NCBI GenBank assembly: GCA_002269645.1
Contig: NIVC01000862.1
Span: 362,219-426,218, forward strand
Reading direction: 5' to 3'
Length of the DNA: 64,000 nucleotides
Source: Macrostomum lignano
Taxonomy: Eukaryota
The notes under the pieces are model-generated. The model saw only the letters and a list, made by a program, of their open reading frames with translations. It was not told the origin of the DNA and made no database searches. Each line of letters begins with the position of its first letter. The stretch's first letter is position 1. A program made the translations under genes and the position numbers. Positions 46,100 through 60,100 of the stretch are shown piece by piece.

Positions 46100-47450
46100 T
46101 CACGCGAGGAGGCACCTCATATATCGGCTCCAGTCTCTGTGTCTGCAGTCGATTGGGTTGGTCGTCGTCAGCATTTGACGAACGTTGCAGTCAAAGAAAT
46201 TTGCTAGACTTTGAAATTGTGCTGCTGCGGATTTTGGATGAATTTGGTTCTTCATCAGAAATGGGGACAGTGAGAACTTTTTGGTATTAAGATGCCAGGG
46301 CGCCTCTCTGATCCCCAACACGGCGCTAACAACGGTTTCACCTGGGTCTCGTGCCATCAACAATTCCCAAGCAAGGACCACTAGAATTTTTTAGTGGTCC
46401 TTGCTTGGGAATTGTTGATGGCTCGTCAAGCAGTGGTACGAGTATGCCTGCAAGTGTATAGATCTCTGAATGGATCTTAGCGACAGACTCAACTTTACTG
46501 TACATATAAAGTCACAGCATAGATGCGTTGGAACTCCTCGAGGGCGCGATTGCAGCCCATCTGATCGCCACATATATGCACTTTCTGGTCGGTTTCGAGC
46601 CACAGCGCTCTCGAAGCGGCGTCTCTGGCGAGGTGAGATCTCGGGTTCCGAGTTCCAGATCGCCTTTGGTCGATGCACAGAACGTCTTGGAAGACTAGAA
46701 GCGGCAGACTCGAAGCCAATTGATGAAACGACTCAGCCAAATCATCAGGGCTGAATGCATGGCGCTCAAAACTTTGTGAACGTTGTTTTGGCCTAGTCTT
46801 GGGGTTGCGGAGTCTGCCCACCTAGAGAGAAATCTGAAACATTTCCAGCTGGCAGCGGGGAGTAGTATTCTAGAATGAAGACCAGGTCTGAATTGACCAG
46901 GGCTTGAATGTAGTCGAGGACGTTGCCAATGATTTGATAGGCCCTCAGTTTCAGTAGAATTATCTCGTAAGAGCAATAGTGCGTTGGCTGCATGGTAGGT
47001 GCGTACATGTAGATACGCTCTCATACAGATGATGTGATGCGTCTGTTTGAGAGAGTAAAAGATTAGACGTGCCCAATACTATCACTTGGGTAGGTGACGC
47101 AGCCTTGAGTTGCCAGCCATTTAAAGGTCACCACTCTCGAGTTTGTTTTTACGGTGTCCTTGCAAGGATCGACACCAAACGTAGGCCACAATCCATCAGA
47201 GCTCGTGCAGCCTACAGGAGTGCAGGAATTGAAGCTGCCAAACCAAATCTGTTTGGCCAGCCGCGGTTTGAGTCCTGGACGCCCTCCTTCTCCTTTTTCC
47301 TCGGTAGCTTGCATTTGCACTATTGGGGTGCCGTGCGCGATGGAGAAGCCAGAAGTCGAGGCTCCAGCCGGAGTTCTCGACGGCTGGCAATTCAAACGTC
47401 TCCGATGGCGTTCGGCAACTAGACAGCCATTTAATAGTTGATGCACAAGA
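46100..47450 (-). pseudogene. Degenerate non-LTR retrotransposon (RT) fragment
   Basis: YEIILLKLRAYQIIGNVLDYIQAL resembles the LINE RT motif 'HxxLLxKLxxYGIxGxxLxWI'; WHLNTKK resembles 'WxLxLNxxK'; frames are broken. Confidence 0.3.
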
Positions 47451-48186
47451 GCACGTCCGGCGGCACCATTGGCCCCTGGCTCAGAGCCGGAGGGAGGCTG
47501 CCAATCTGTACGTCAAGGACGTGCACATAAATCCAACTGAAAATTTAAGCAAACAATGTGGCCTATCAAATTATAAAGAATGCCAAAAATGAATAAAAAA
47601 ATAGCATTCACCTCTCCATAAATCAACGCGTACGAGCTATGTACAGTACCTAATTTATAATAAGAGTCCTTGCTCCCCATAGAACCCTAAATTTCTTTGT
47701 GCAATCTAAATTTTACTAATTTTTATCACCTGTCATTCGTCACTCATCATTTCCCATGAAGTTGGTCCCCCGCAACTTACCACAACAATTAAATGAATTT
47801 CGCAAAAATTAATTGGGGGATCGGCAGGCAAAACTTATTCCGGTACTGATAAACAACTACGTCAGTGCCGGTTGAATTTTCGGCGATGCAATTGCTAGAA
47901 GCGTACATTTACAGTTATCTGCATTTTTCATTGGCTGCTGACTAAATAAAGGAGGTTAGAATAAAATTTTACTGTCCAAAACATTAAAAAATGCTGACCA
48001 ATTGGAGCTCAACTACATGCAATTCTTCAAACGTCAAATGACTCCCTCCAAGTGGAGAACGGGATAAAATAGGGAAAATAATTTGCTATCTACACACACA
48101 TCAAATCGAGGACATTGAAAACTTTATTATAAGCATTGATATCCTACTAACAAAAACTGACTTCCATTGAGCAAAAACTCAAAGAC

Positions 48187-51100
48187 ATGATTCTTTCTTT
48201 GACCGCCTTGTTACTGATCGTGGTGACCTCGGCGCCATTGGCAGTGATGGCTCAGAGCGTTGGTAAGTTTTCTGAGCCCAATTACCATTGAATATTCTTA
48301 AGCTATTCATGTTACAACATATAGGAAGATCTGGTTTTCCGAAGGGAACACTCTAGATTTAGCATTCAGGCTACTCGGGTCTGTCTGTTTTATTATCAGA
48401 TGTTGAGAGCTTGATTTACCCAAAGCTCCCATCCTGCTTGCGAAATAACAAACAAACGGCATGTAAAGCTAGGAGTAACCATCGCTATGCCTCATCCGGC
48501 AGGTTCCAACCAGCTCGCCAAGCTCAGCCAGTCCCCGGCCGGCCTGGGTCGGTACATGCCGTCAGCCTGGGCGATACCGAAGGCTGCCGCTGCCAACCAG
48601 TTCCAGAACTCGTTGATGTTCACATCAAAAGCGACAGGGCCTTTCATCCAGGGGGCCTATCTGACTGACAAGCTAGTCAGTATCTACTTTCCATTCAACT
48701 ATACGGTGACCGGATTTCTGGTCTACGGCAACATGTCGCGTGCAACGAGTCCGCAGGGCCGAGTGACCAGCTTCAAGGCCGGCTACTCAACTACGAAGTC
48801 CTACTTTACCGCTGGCTCCACTGTGTTCCTTATGAGCGGCATAAGTCCGGTGAGTATTCATTTACTAGGGGCTCGATTTTGCTACTAACACTTCATTGCC
48901 CAACTGTCGGCAGTTTTAATCAAAATATCTAGCTCGTTCCTCGTATTCAATCGAAAAAAAGAAAAAATGAACTCAAGAAAAAAAGTAGGAACAATTGAAA
49001 TTTCACTGCAACTTTGCTTTCTTGCCAGTCTTAAGTACTTGTAATATTTTATAAAGTCAAAAGGCAAAAAGTCTGTGTAGTCACCCCCTAACTGTTTCCT
49101 AGAAAATCTTCTCCGTGACCTACGCGGATGCTAGCACTCCAAGCCTAGTATCATTGAACACCTCCATGGTGACTCAATTGGCGTTCTTTGAAGCGGTCAG
49201 CTGCCAGACGGCTTGCGTACTGCAACTCGATCTGGTCGGCTATCCAAGTCCTACTGGTAAAAATCAAAATTCGAGTTGCTTCTTCTCAGTATTGTTAAAG
49301 TTAGTTTTAATTCCTGCTTTTATTTCATTTAAATGTCTGAATATATCCCACAGCCTGTCCTGACATTGCGACTACCGAGTACACTTCGTTGGTAACTAAA
49401 ACGGCTCAAGAGACTCTGATATCGGTGAACTTCACCCGAGTCTATTATCTAACTAGCTTTGTGCTGCGCGGTCTCTCATCCGACCCCAGCTTTTGGATCT
49501 CTTACCAGAAAATTCACGGTGAACCGTTTGAAAATCTTACTCACGCTTGGAACTCGAGTCTCTACGTCGTAAGGATGCCGATATGCTCTTCCTGAATCAA
49601 AATGTACTTTCGTTTAACTAATTTAGGAAATAGTCAAGACTTTTAACTGACATGCCCCCTATTTGGGAAATCACTAAGATGCCAAGGCTCAGGGAGGGGA
49701 TTGCTCAGATATCAAGGCTCCATCGGGAGTTATTGGTAGGCCAAGAATCAAATAGAGAGTTAGAGTTGAGTTAAGCCATGGCTTAAAGGGAGTTTTTGAT
49801 GTCAAAGCTCAAAAGGGTCGCTGATATCTTAAGCTGAAGAACTGGCTGTTAGGGCGGATGCTTCTTTGCTGAAGACATAATTTTCCTCAAGAAACAAACT
49901 ATAGTGACTTTTACAAGACCAAAATAGCTCGTATAAGCATTTTAATCAAAAAACTATTTCATTCTTTGTTGCCTCCCCAACGGGGCCACAGTTTGTTTAT
50001 TTGATATAACTAGCAGTAAAGTGATCCACTAATAAATACATGTAAGACAAGAACGAATTCCGTTACTTCAACTTCAGTTCCCGGTCACGAACGCTGACGA
50101 ACGCTTTATTGTGCCGTTCATTCTGACGCCTCTGCAGCTGCAGATCCATCTGTCTCCGGCATCCGCTGTAACGGGAGTTGACAGTCTGACAGGCTGCCCT
50201 ATTGAGAGTGAGTTGATGGAAACTCTAAGAAAACGATGCCAATTACGCATTTCAAGTATTGTTGAGAAATAAGTTTACACCTAGTTCTCTCATACCTGCT
50301 ACTTACCTGTATCTAGAATTAAAGCATGCAAAGTAACCAAAGTAATTTCGACTTTTATCACTACATCTTTGGCTCAGATGCGCACCGTTTAACCATTTTG
50401 GCATTCCATAAAAGCTGAGAGAAACCGCAAACTAAGATTTAGGATTGTAAATGAAGTACACATTGTTTCGGTTAAAATTGCTTTGCTAAATAGAAGATTT
50501 TTCTGCCTGACAAATAACAAGCCGCTAGCGTCCAACTTGATTGATGAGCAACGCGTATTTCTCAAAAATAAAAAAAATTCCGTTGCGTGGTTGCAAATTA
50601 ATTGAATTAAAACAAATAAAAGATACACTCAGATCGGCTGCGCGTCGTTTGGACACGGGGAAGGAAAAAGCAATTAATCTTTCTCAGGAGCGATGCCTCA
50701 CCCAACTGTTAGGTATTTCTGCCCACTACCCAGTCCCCACCTATGTTAGAATCTCTATTGGAATTAGATTGGCTTTTTATCACCCCTCATTTTCAACGGC
50801 TGGGCACGCAGCCCACGCATACATGGCTTAATAGAACTACCAATGCCGCTTAACAGGGAGACCAACAGGCAAGGCTGCATGACTGCTCCAGGACTTCATC
50901 TGGAGGTTTTTTAAAACCCGCAGATCAGGCGTTGCTACAGCTATCTTGGCCATATTTTCTACCAATTAATTTATATTTGCTGATAGAGAGGCTTTTCAAT
51001 AGAGACTTAATTTCCTAACTGCTGGGGGATAAGTTGTAAATGCATTTCGGCTTCTGTTGAATGGGCTTCTGTTTTGCCCATGCCATGCCAATAGCAAATG

Positions 51101-54100
51101 CAAGATGAGGATTTGGCCTCTCTTATTGGCCTCTTCTCTTCTAGCTAATCCTATTGAATTACGCCATTAACAATGGTAGCCCCACTCGTAAATCTATGCA
51201 AAATCAAGATACTCTGTTGCATTCGGTGCACGTCTTCTGTGGGTACTTCATAATATAACTATCCGATGTGAGCTAGATCAATTTCATAAATATGTTTCAT
51301 AAACATCCTATTTAAAGAAGATTTTATCAAAGTTACATACTAGAAGCCGCTTAAAATTAGAACTTTCAGCATCGCGACTCACTTTTTTACACATTTCTAT
51401 CTACTGGGGCTAAATGAGACAGATATATATGTATATATATAGTGGAGACCTCCGATGATTCTGCTCTCATTTCCGGTCTAAACTGGCGTCCTGATGAAGC
51501 ACTCTCACTTGCAGACTAAGCTCGATCAAAAACAAATAATATGGGTGAATCTCACCCGATAGTGTCGGAAGATTTTCCTTCGTTAATGATTTTTCTGATG
51601 AATAAGAAGATAAACGAAGTTCATAAGATGACTTAAAGTAATCCATCTATGTACAAAGCAACAATTTTCTTGATTTGTGTGTGTGTTAACGTTGTTTAGC
51701 CTTAAGGACAATCTGTACTTTACCCATATAAAATGACAGTATTATGCCTGCGTTTCAAACCATATTTTAAGGAGTACACGAGAAAGTAAGATTTAATCAC
51801 GGGATTTCATCAGTGGTAAACACGTCTGACTTTTGCATCACAATCAAGGGTTCGTTTCCGTACGCGGTCACATTTAGCTGGAGCATGCGCAAGAGCATTA
51901 GTCGAGGGTATGTCACGCGATTCCCAAGGCACAGGGAGTGTACAGTACATACCTGACGAATAGTCACCTGCTTACTGCAGTTTTTCAATATTATTGTAAG
52001 ATTTTAATGCAACAAAATGACACATAAACACTAAACTAAGAGGCGTTGATGTTGAAACATTGATTGTTCGCTCATCTAGAAATGCTATCTAAGTCCGTTA
52101 CTGTCAACTGTGATCGTCCATCCTCATAAATCACCCGCTACCATCAGCCTGCCCGCCGGGCTGGATGAGTGGCCTGACAGGTTTCTGCTGGCATCGCGAG
52201 GAGTCCGAGGTTTACTGGTCGGAAGCGGACCAGTTCTGTACTGAGGGCTTGGCGTGGGGCGGCAGCCGTGGTAAACTGCTACTGGCCAAGACTGTGGTGG
52301 AGAGGAATATCTTCATGAACGGGTGAGGAATCAGCTATTATTAAACATTTTACATATGAAATCTTCAAGATTTGCTTTTCTGTATACTTAAGGTTTAACC
52401 AAAGACAGGACCTTGCTGGATTGCTTGTCTCGAGTAGCATTTACGAGTATGTTGTTAGTGCTCCTCGGACGCAATAAATGCCTGCCGTATTTGGAATTCC
52501 TCTCTCCTCTCTCTTCTCATATTCTGCCTCATCTTTTCTCTCATTCCGTGTCTCACTTCATCTCTTGTCTCCATCTCCTTTCTCGCCTCTCTTCCTCTCT
52601 CTTTTCTCTCCCCATATCTCTCATCTCCTCTTCCCTCTTTCCTTCTTTTTTCCTCTTTCATCTGGCCCACAGCGCTGAGCTAGATCATCTAGCTCCCACG
52701 TGTACTTGAGGCAAAAATCTGGAGGTTAAAAAAATTGCTAGACGATCAACAATACTTAATAGGCATTAGTCCCTGAGCCATGATTCAGTCTTGCTTAGTA
52801 TGTCTATAAAACTCTATGGGGCTTAGTTAAGCGTTAAGACCCCAAATATACTGTGGTGATCCATATTTCTTAAGATCGTGAGGGCTTCTAGATATTTCCA
52901 TTTTGATTTTTTATTATATTTTCCCATTAAGCAAAAGCAATGCCATGTGCTTCAAAGTTGTACAGAGTCCCTGTCTAATCTACCAATGGCTCCAAATTAC
53001 GTTCCTTTTTGACATTTGAAATTTTATGAATAGTTGTGAAATCTCATTGAAATTCTCAGACACAATTTTTACACTTGTTAGTTAAATGACTAAATGTATG
53101 TTTTCGTAGTTCAATCGAAATCAGTTAACTAAAGCCGCTTAGCATTATCGCGACTTAGCTTCCTGGGTCGAAGATTTTTTAAATTAGTTTTAAAGCGGTT
53201 CGGAACCAACTGTACATTGATTTGAGAAATTCTTTACACTTGGGGCAATTTGAACGAGTCTTTACAATCAATCAATCACCGCATTACCCACAGCGCTGTT
53301 CGGGAGGCCACATACGGCATCTACCACGTCGGGCTTCGACGCAATTCGACAAACAACCAGTGGGTGTGGAGCGACGGCTCGCAGCCGGAGGCGGGCACCT
53401 ATTTCATGACGCAGCCTCCGTTTCACTGCGCCGCTCTGGAAAGTAGCCAAGCTACAATCACCAGCGTTTCGTGCTCTTCGAAGCTGCAATTCATTTGTCA
53501 TGTGGACATGTACTTTGGTAAAAACAAATTTTAAATACTGCTGAATGATAAATATCGCTATCAGTACGTGTCGGAATTTCATTGTTGATTGACTAAATTA
53601 ACTCGCAATGAAGTTGGGTTGTGCGTACATAGTGAAGTCATTCAGTTTTACTGTTTTCCTATTTTGTATAAATGCACATGTAGTTTTAATATCAATCCGT
53701 CAACAGTATATCTTTACATTGCCGCTGTGAGAGTGCGCGAGAATGACATTCACTGTCTTTGCTCTTTCTGTGAGGCTACAGTAAACGTTTGTCACTATAA
53801 CTACTACCTGTCTACCTTATACCTCGAATTCAACTTACGAATCCAACTCGAATCCAGCGTCAAATCTCTAGCTTGAATTTTATACAAAAGGGATTAGTAA
53901 AGCCGTACAACAGGCCGTCTCTTATTACAAACATGTGTATTTTTTGTCAGATCACGTTACCGACACTCACGAAGTACTGTTAACGAAGACTCACAATTGT
54001 GCCTCAGTGTCAGGAGACGAAGTGATTACCATTGCTGGTTACAGCAACATTCTCAGAGTACAAAATATGGACAGCTTTGTCACCGATCAGATTGAAACTC

Positions 54101-57100
54101 AGAATAAGGTTGGAACGGCTTACTCTGTTACCACTTCACCTGGCTGCTGCTACTCCTCGGCTTCAACTGTCTCAACTACGTACTACATGTTCCCTATTAA
54201 GAAGGGTTAGTCCATTGGTTTAAACAATAGAAAAATCTGATTGATTGAGTTCAAATCTCATATCTAATTCATTTAGGCTGTCGAATGCCGCTGTTTGACT
54301 CGCATAACAGTCAAATTGAAGTGAGTTTCGATGCATCGAGCAGCAATTATCGTCGGAATGCAAACTATTCGCTTGCAGGCGCAGCAACTGACTATGCAGG
54401 TCAGTAACTAAATTCGTAATAGCTCGAAGTGTCATATTGTGTTGAGTTCAAGGAAATCATAGCACTAAAAGCAGATTTTTTCCATTAAATCTCCTTACTT
54501 CGAAACAGACCACCTAAAGTGCACAGTTGTCGGCAATGATTACGAATACTATGACTACGGGGTGACAATGACCTACCTGGGCCACGCGTGTAGGCCCTGG
54601 AGTGCCACTTACATTCCGTATAATCGTTCGTGTGTGACAGGTAAATTTTTATATTTTTATTATGTTTATTATTTTATATTTTTGTAGAATTTCCAAAAAC
54701 CAGAATGAAACTGCATCTGAAAATTTATTTTTTTATTTTTTAGTTAGCGTAGGAGCCCCAACAAAGTGCCAGGCTCAGGGTTCAGGAACGGAGTACTATT
54801 GTCAGACAACATTCAATCAGCTGTTGTGTGGTTCGTGAATTATTTTTTCTACTTTTTGAAAGGAAAGTCTTTCTTTAAAAAATTAAATCTTTTTTTACCC
54901 GGCTGATTTTTTAAAACGCATTTCAGCGCGAAACTACCAGCCGATAGCCGACCCTTCCGGAACGTTTCAACTCTCCATCACGTGGCAGAAAGCATTTTAT
55001 TACAACGATGCTCGAGTCGCGAGTCCTGCATTTGCCATGGACACGGTCACCTTGAGCACTGGCTCTTTGCCGGCTACAACTCCCGATCACTACTGGCGAC
55101 TCGTTGCTGACATGAAATCTAGCCATCATATCATTTCGGGTGTCGTTCATTTTTCTCCACGTAAGTGAAATATTTTTTGATTGGTGCGGCATTAATAGGC
55201 AACAGTTAAAGTTCCCTAAACTTTGACCTTTATCACTCGAACCCTCACCAGATACATAGTTTTTTTGTAGCGATATTCTATAGGACTATTGATTCTTTAG
55301 AATGTTTTGGTAAACCTATATTCAGTGCTATGCTCATTAACACGAATTGCTTCTGCTCTGGCAGAAATGAATTTGAAATGCCCCGCCATTTTTCATACTA
55401 CAGCCTAGTGATATTGTGTAATGCAGATTCAAAATTTCAAAGTAATTTTCCAAGGAATAACAGACAAAAGACTATTTATCTTGATTATACTTTTCCCACA
55501 TTCCCTTGATGCTAATAAATAATCTAATCAAAGCTTAACTGCAACCTCCGCTTCAGCATTAAACAACTTCACCGTGCTAGTCAGCAACGAGTGGAACACA
55601 AGCTTAGGCGAACTCGCCCACCAGTCGTGGGCCCTGTGCTACACCTACAACCTGCCCGAAGCGGCTGCATCACCGTTAAAGTTCTGGTGCGAGAGACCCG
55701 TGAGCGGGCGGTACGTCGCCTTCCTGCAAGGGGCAGCAGTTGGAAGACTGTCGATAACTGTGCTGCAACTGTATGGCGAAGAAGGTTAGCTAAGTTCCCC
55801 AAGGAACTTTATGTGCTATCTCCGCATTTATTGTTACATTTAACCCTTTTATTATCTAATAATCGACCATTTTAACCCTTTCGGTCTCGCCGTTATGTTT
55901 CCTTGATTAATAGAAGTCGATTATACTAGCATTGCGATAACAGAAAATCAGCTCAATTTATTTATTTACACTGGCAGTAAACTTTGAAGAGACTGGAACC
56001 TACACGAATCTGATCCGTCGGGTACCAGCTAAGATAATGAGTTCCGCTTCTGTGCTACAAAACAACACACTTTTAATACATGTCCGACTAAGGACATCTG
56101 GATTGAAGCTTTGGCTGACTAATCTATACGAGCACGCGGATATTCTTAACTCGGTAAGTTGATAAAAGGCATTCAATTATGACCTGTTACAGCTAAGTTG
56201 AACTTCTTATGCACTAAATTTAATCAAAGCAAGCCAAACATCTAAGCTGTGCCTTGAATAACGTATAAAATTGTTACATTCAGGCACTCAATTGGCCTTG
56301 GGCTATAGGCCTTAGCTTAAAAATCGATAGCTTCTAAAGACAAGGTTCACAACAATATGAAAAATTATGTTTGGAGAATTGCCTGCATTTAATTTCTTAG
56401 ACAGGGTTAGGAATAGCTACTAATATGAATCTAAATGGAACCATACCTACAATAATGGCTTAATAGTACCTGCATGCAACCATTCTATAACAAACATACT
56501 TGATTCAAGAAGGAAAAATAATATTTTCACTTGTGAGAATTTACAACTTTTTGGCTTCGGCCTATGAAATAAAAATAAAAGTAGAAGACAATATGAAAAT
56601 GAAGCCTCACTATACACAAATATATAAAATGCAACAGAGTAACATGTAGTGCATGCTAAATTAAAGGAATGGTACGTATTCTTTACTGCCCTAGATCAAA
56701 TGCAATCAATCATTCTGTGACGAAAAAATGAATTTTCCCATCTCGGCAGTGCATTTTTCCAAGACATTTGCCCACTAGAAGTTAATGTTATACGATCTTT
56801 GAGTTTCACGTCTTGCTATATTTACAGTGGCTCTTGGATTAAGTAGCACGATAAATGCACATGTTGAATTGCTTACTATAACAAATATTTACCTACAGAC
56901 GGACTTTTTGGCATCATTAGGAGCAAAATAATAAGTAATAATTGATAATTAAGTTTCGTAACATGTTTTACCTGCTTTTTACACTATATATCTATTCTTC
57001 TTTCATTCGGCCCGCAGCCTCGATGGGAGATTTCGATTGGAGGCAACGGATCCGCGGCGTTCATCAGCGAGGCTGTGGTTCGCACCGGCGATGTTTCCAG

Positions 57101-60100
57101 CCGGAGCACCTTGGCGACTATGACTCAGACTAGCGGAGGCGGTCCGGTGGCTGTCAATACAGACAACTACCAGAGTCTGCAGTTGGTCTGGACCCAGCAA
57201 AGCCTTAATATCAGCATTGGCGGGGTCAGATTAGCTGATTTATCGGTGCCAAGTCCAGCGAACGCGTTGGAAATTCGAACAGTGGGCTACACAACCCTTG
57301 GAGACGGTTCCTACGCCACAAAGTCTCAAGTGATGTTCGATATGCCAAGTAAGTTGTTTTATGAAATGCGAAATGCGTTAAAACAAACTGAATCACTCTT
57401 GCATCGTCTGCTATTTTAGACGACAGACAAGTGGGAACGTGGGCACCTATGTACATAATGAATTATCCTTCAGGTTGCTCCACATACTCGTACATGTACA
57501 AGCAGTATATTCAGGTAGGTGCAAACTTCATTTCATCTAGCAAGCTGAAACAATTTACAATTTCATTTTTTTTCATAACAAATTGTTATCTCATATTTCA
57601 GGCAAAATTTTCAAAATCGGTCACAGTATTCGTTTTGGCAACTCAGAGCGGCAGCGACCGGTCGATCCACAACTATCTGCAGTTTCCACAATATTTGACT
57701 TTCCATTACTCTACTGACGGAGTGTCATTTAGTCCGTACATTTTCGTAAGTAATATACATTTTTACCTGATATAAAGTCCAGTGGGTTTGTAGTCTAGTG
57801 GTGAGACCGTCGGACTCACGAATTGAAGGTACGGGGTTCGATTCCCGATCCCACTGGAAACATTTGTGTCCTCGAGCAAGACAATTAACTCTGCATTGCT
57901 TCAGTTCACCCAGCTGTAAAATGGGTGCCAGCATTAGCTGGGGTAATTGAGGATGTGTGTGGCGACCCCCAGTCCTTGGACTGAACAGCCGTACGCAGCC
58001 TTCAGATACGCCGCGCAATAGCTGCGGCTGAGCTGTCGGTTGCATATCTGGCCCAATTGGGGAAGGTGTAATCAGTTATTATTATCATTAATAATACTAT
58101 TATTTTTTGTTCCTTATTATTATTATTATTAATATTAAGGTCTAAAGACACTAGAAAAATTAGCCGTTAGTGTTATTTTTCACACATTTTGGAACTGTTT
58201 GTTTCCAAATCTATAATGAAGCAGGAATTGAAATAATCCTCTATATTTATTAAAACAAAACACAAATATTTTTTAAATACTTACGCGTTTAGGAAGACCT
58301 TGTCAGCTCAAGAAAGCCGTTTCATGCTCGAGACTCTTACGTGTCACTGATTGGTCTGTACCCGGAGCTCAGTGGTCGGATGTTCCGCATGTATGCCGTG
58401 TCTTTTTATGGCCGCTGGGAGTCGCGATGGATGCTGTACGGATGTCTGTCTAGTAAGTACACCTGGTTTTGCTTCTAGCTAGTAAAATTATTATTTGTCC
58501 TTATAGCTAATTATAGCTAATTTCTAATTTAAACATTACCTTAAAAAACTCCAGGATGATATAACAAACTATTAAAGTTTCTGTAGATTTGCAGTATAAT
58601 GTAGTAAACACGATATAGCTAGCATGTTGTTTAATCAAAATGGCTTCTGGCAAATCAGAGCATCACTAGATCAGTCATGCCCATTTGACTGACACCTGAG
58701 CACTCACATGCACAGGGTACACTACGGCCCTGATGTTCTATTTACTAGGCATCTGCACACAGTGTGCCTTGAGTAGTCGAGTTTAATGAAAAAAAATCCC
58801 GTGACAGAGCAAAACTAATTTGGCCGTCCGCGGAAACTGAGTCTAACAATAGAAGCTTTCTTTGCCGCTCAAAATTGGTGTTGAACTTTAAATCCTGTCA
58901 ATTTGATTTTCAGATCGAACCGCCTACAATCCACCGCCGGTGCTCATGTCCCAAAATCTGCCTCTATACACCAGCGACCCCACCTATGCAAAATACCTGA
59001 CCGATGGCAAACGCACGCCGAAAAATGGCGAGCCCAACTGGATTGCCAACAGTCCACAGCCGTGGATAGCCGTGGACTTCTTAGCGCCCAGGTACATTGA
59101 GTTCGCCCTGGTGATCGGTTACAACGTGAATCATGGCAGTGAGTATTTAACGATTTCATTTCATCAATAAATTAAATTAACTTGAAGCGAATTACCGTCG
59201 AAACACTAATTTAACTGAACCTGTTTTTAGATTTGGCATCAAACGAGAAAAATGTTTATTTAGCAACATTTGTTACAAACCAGACTGTTTATTCGGAAAC
59301 CGATTCTGTCTTTGTTGCACAAAATTACTATGCCGTACTTAAGCAGCCGTGGCGCGTTAAAGTCAACAAGGTAATTATATTTTTGTGGTACCTATTGTAC
59401 TTTTAATTTCTGAATTGTAGTGAACTTTTACAAACTGTATGACAGCTGCTAGCAAGCTCCTATAGATGTACTATTCGGGTGCTAATTCAGTTCGAAATCA
59501 TAAACATGTAATCAGGACGTCTGTTTCAATGCCAGATGCCAAAGTTGGACCAAAATTGGACCAGTTGACATAAGATTATCCTACATATTTTCACTGGGAC
59601 CTAGTCAGAATTCTATGGGATCTTAGAAGATTTTACACAATTTGATCACCCTTGGGATACGTTTTCACTCGCTTTATTTCGTAAATCATAAACTGTTAAA
59701 AATATCTAAAAAGAAGTTACTATTTAGTTAGAAGTTAGAACTCTTCTCTGTTGAGGAATTTTTTTAATCGTTCTAATTTTTATTATTTTTGTTTCTGCAA
59801 GAATTTTCGCGCAATCAAATCTCAGGTCGCTAGGCTGATTGGCCTCGCTAAGACCAACACCAGTCTTTGTTCGCCGTTCTGTCCGCTGCAAATTATCGAG
59901 CTGGAGGTGTACGGCAACCCGCTTAGTAAGCACATTGAGCATGCTTTCCTGTTACTAAGCTTATTTGATCGATCAACCCGTGGTCTTTTAATTCCAACGC
60001 TTTAGGTAGTGCCTAATGGTAATGTTGGTAGATAATGTACATCAAATTTAGTGCTGGTGCTACAATATACCCTAACTGAATCAGGAGCGTCGACGTGGAT

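Noticed and set aside
57778-57858. Functional tRNA gene
   Set aside because: Anticodon stem pairs poorly and the sequence continues into SINE core and tail
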